Shown here one piece after another: positions 63,933 to 64,000 of a stretch of DNA of 64,000 nucleotides (position 1 is the stretch's first letter; each line of letters starts with the position of its first letter). The notes below the pieces were generated by a model. The model worked only from the letters and a program-made list of their open reading frames with translations. It made no database searches and was not told where the DNA came from. Source of the stretch: Akkermansia muciniphila (GTDB lineage: Bacteria > Verrucomicrobiota > Verrucomicrobiia > Limisphaerales > UBA1100); assembly GCA_945903605.1 (NCBI GenBank), contig CAMDOH010000004.1, positions 2,593 to 66,592 of the forward strand, in the 5' to 3' direction. The translations under genes and the position numbers were made by a program.

Positions 63933-64000
63933 ATGAAACGCGCTCAAGTCAGAGGATTCACACTCGTCGAGATCATGATCGTGGTGGCCATCATCGGTCT
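63933..64000 (+). CDS. Prepilin-type N-terminal cleavage/methylation protein, 5' end only
   Basis: The start is MKRAQVRGFTLVEIMIVVAIIG... and it runs off the window. An in-frame ATG also exists at 63924. Confidence 0.7.
   Translation, partial: MKRAQVRGFTLVEIMIVVAIIG

Noticed and set aside
1-64000. Search for tRNA, rRNA, transposase/integrase, prophage or defence-system genes
   Set aside because: The intergenic gaps are short (mostly under 140 bp) and none folds into an obvious cloverleaf by eye. No ORF shows DDE, tyrosine-recombinase, Cas, restriction or toxin-antitoxin motifs. tRNAscan or Infernal would be needed to exclude small RNAs formally.

Overview
This 64-kb chromosomal segment has about 55-58% GC by eye and is densely coding, with roughly 60 genes. 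It most likely comes from a PVC-superphylum bacterium, probably Verrucomicrobiota. The supporting signatures are several prepilin-type FTLIELLVV proteins, giant Pirellula/Verrucomicrobium-type CxxCH heme-domain fusion proteins, Tat-signal Gfo/Idh/MocA and xylose-isomerase-like proteins, a futalosine-pathway gene, and weak Shine-Dalgarno usage.

Most of the window is housekeeping: lhgO, nadA, thyA, tsaC/sua5, trpD, aroK, ptsI, zwf-pgl, pepA and a peptide ABC importer. I found no rRNA, tRNA, CRISPR array, transposase or integrase by eye.

The most interesting loci are:
- A tightly packed six-gene operon (43932-51416). It appears to encode a complete AGPS-dependent, eukaryote-style ether-lipid pathway. 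An HMG-CoA-reductase-like enzyme may act as the fatty-alcohol-forming reductase, and an MMPL/RND exporter is included.
- A VTC(polyphosphate polymerase)-DUF4956-CotH kinase operon (18447-21553).
- A Bacillus-like fliW-csrA-flagellin module whose flagellin leader lacks GGA and SD motifs.
- A dtd gene remnant with an internal deletion, sitting next to a low-GC prepilin-LRR fusion gene.
- A secreted G/Q/M-rich protein built on a near-perfect 42-bp tandem repeat.
- Two tandem paralogous secreted proteins that together carry four copies of an unassigned ~95-aa module.
- A trpD-coupled quartet of membrane proteins (DUF2752, two GYF-domain proteins, one with a CD225-like motif).

All functional calls come from reading motifs in the translated ORFs. 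No database search was run.
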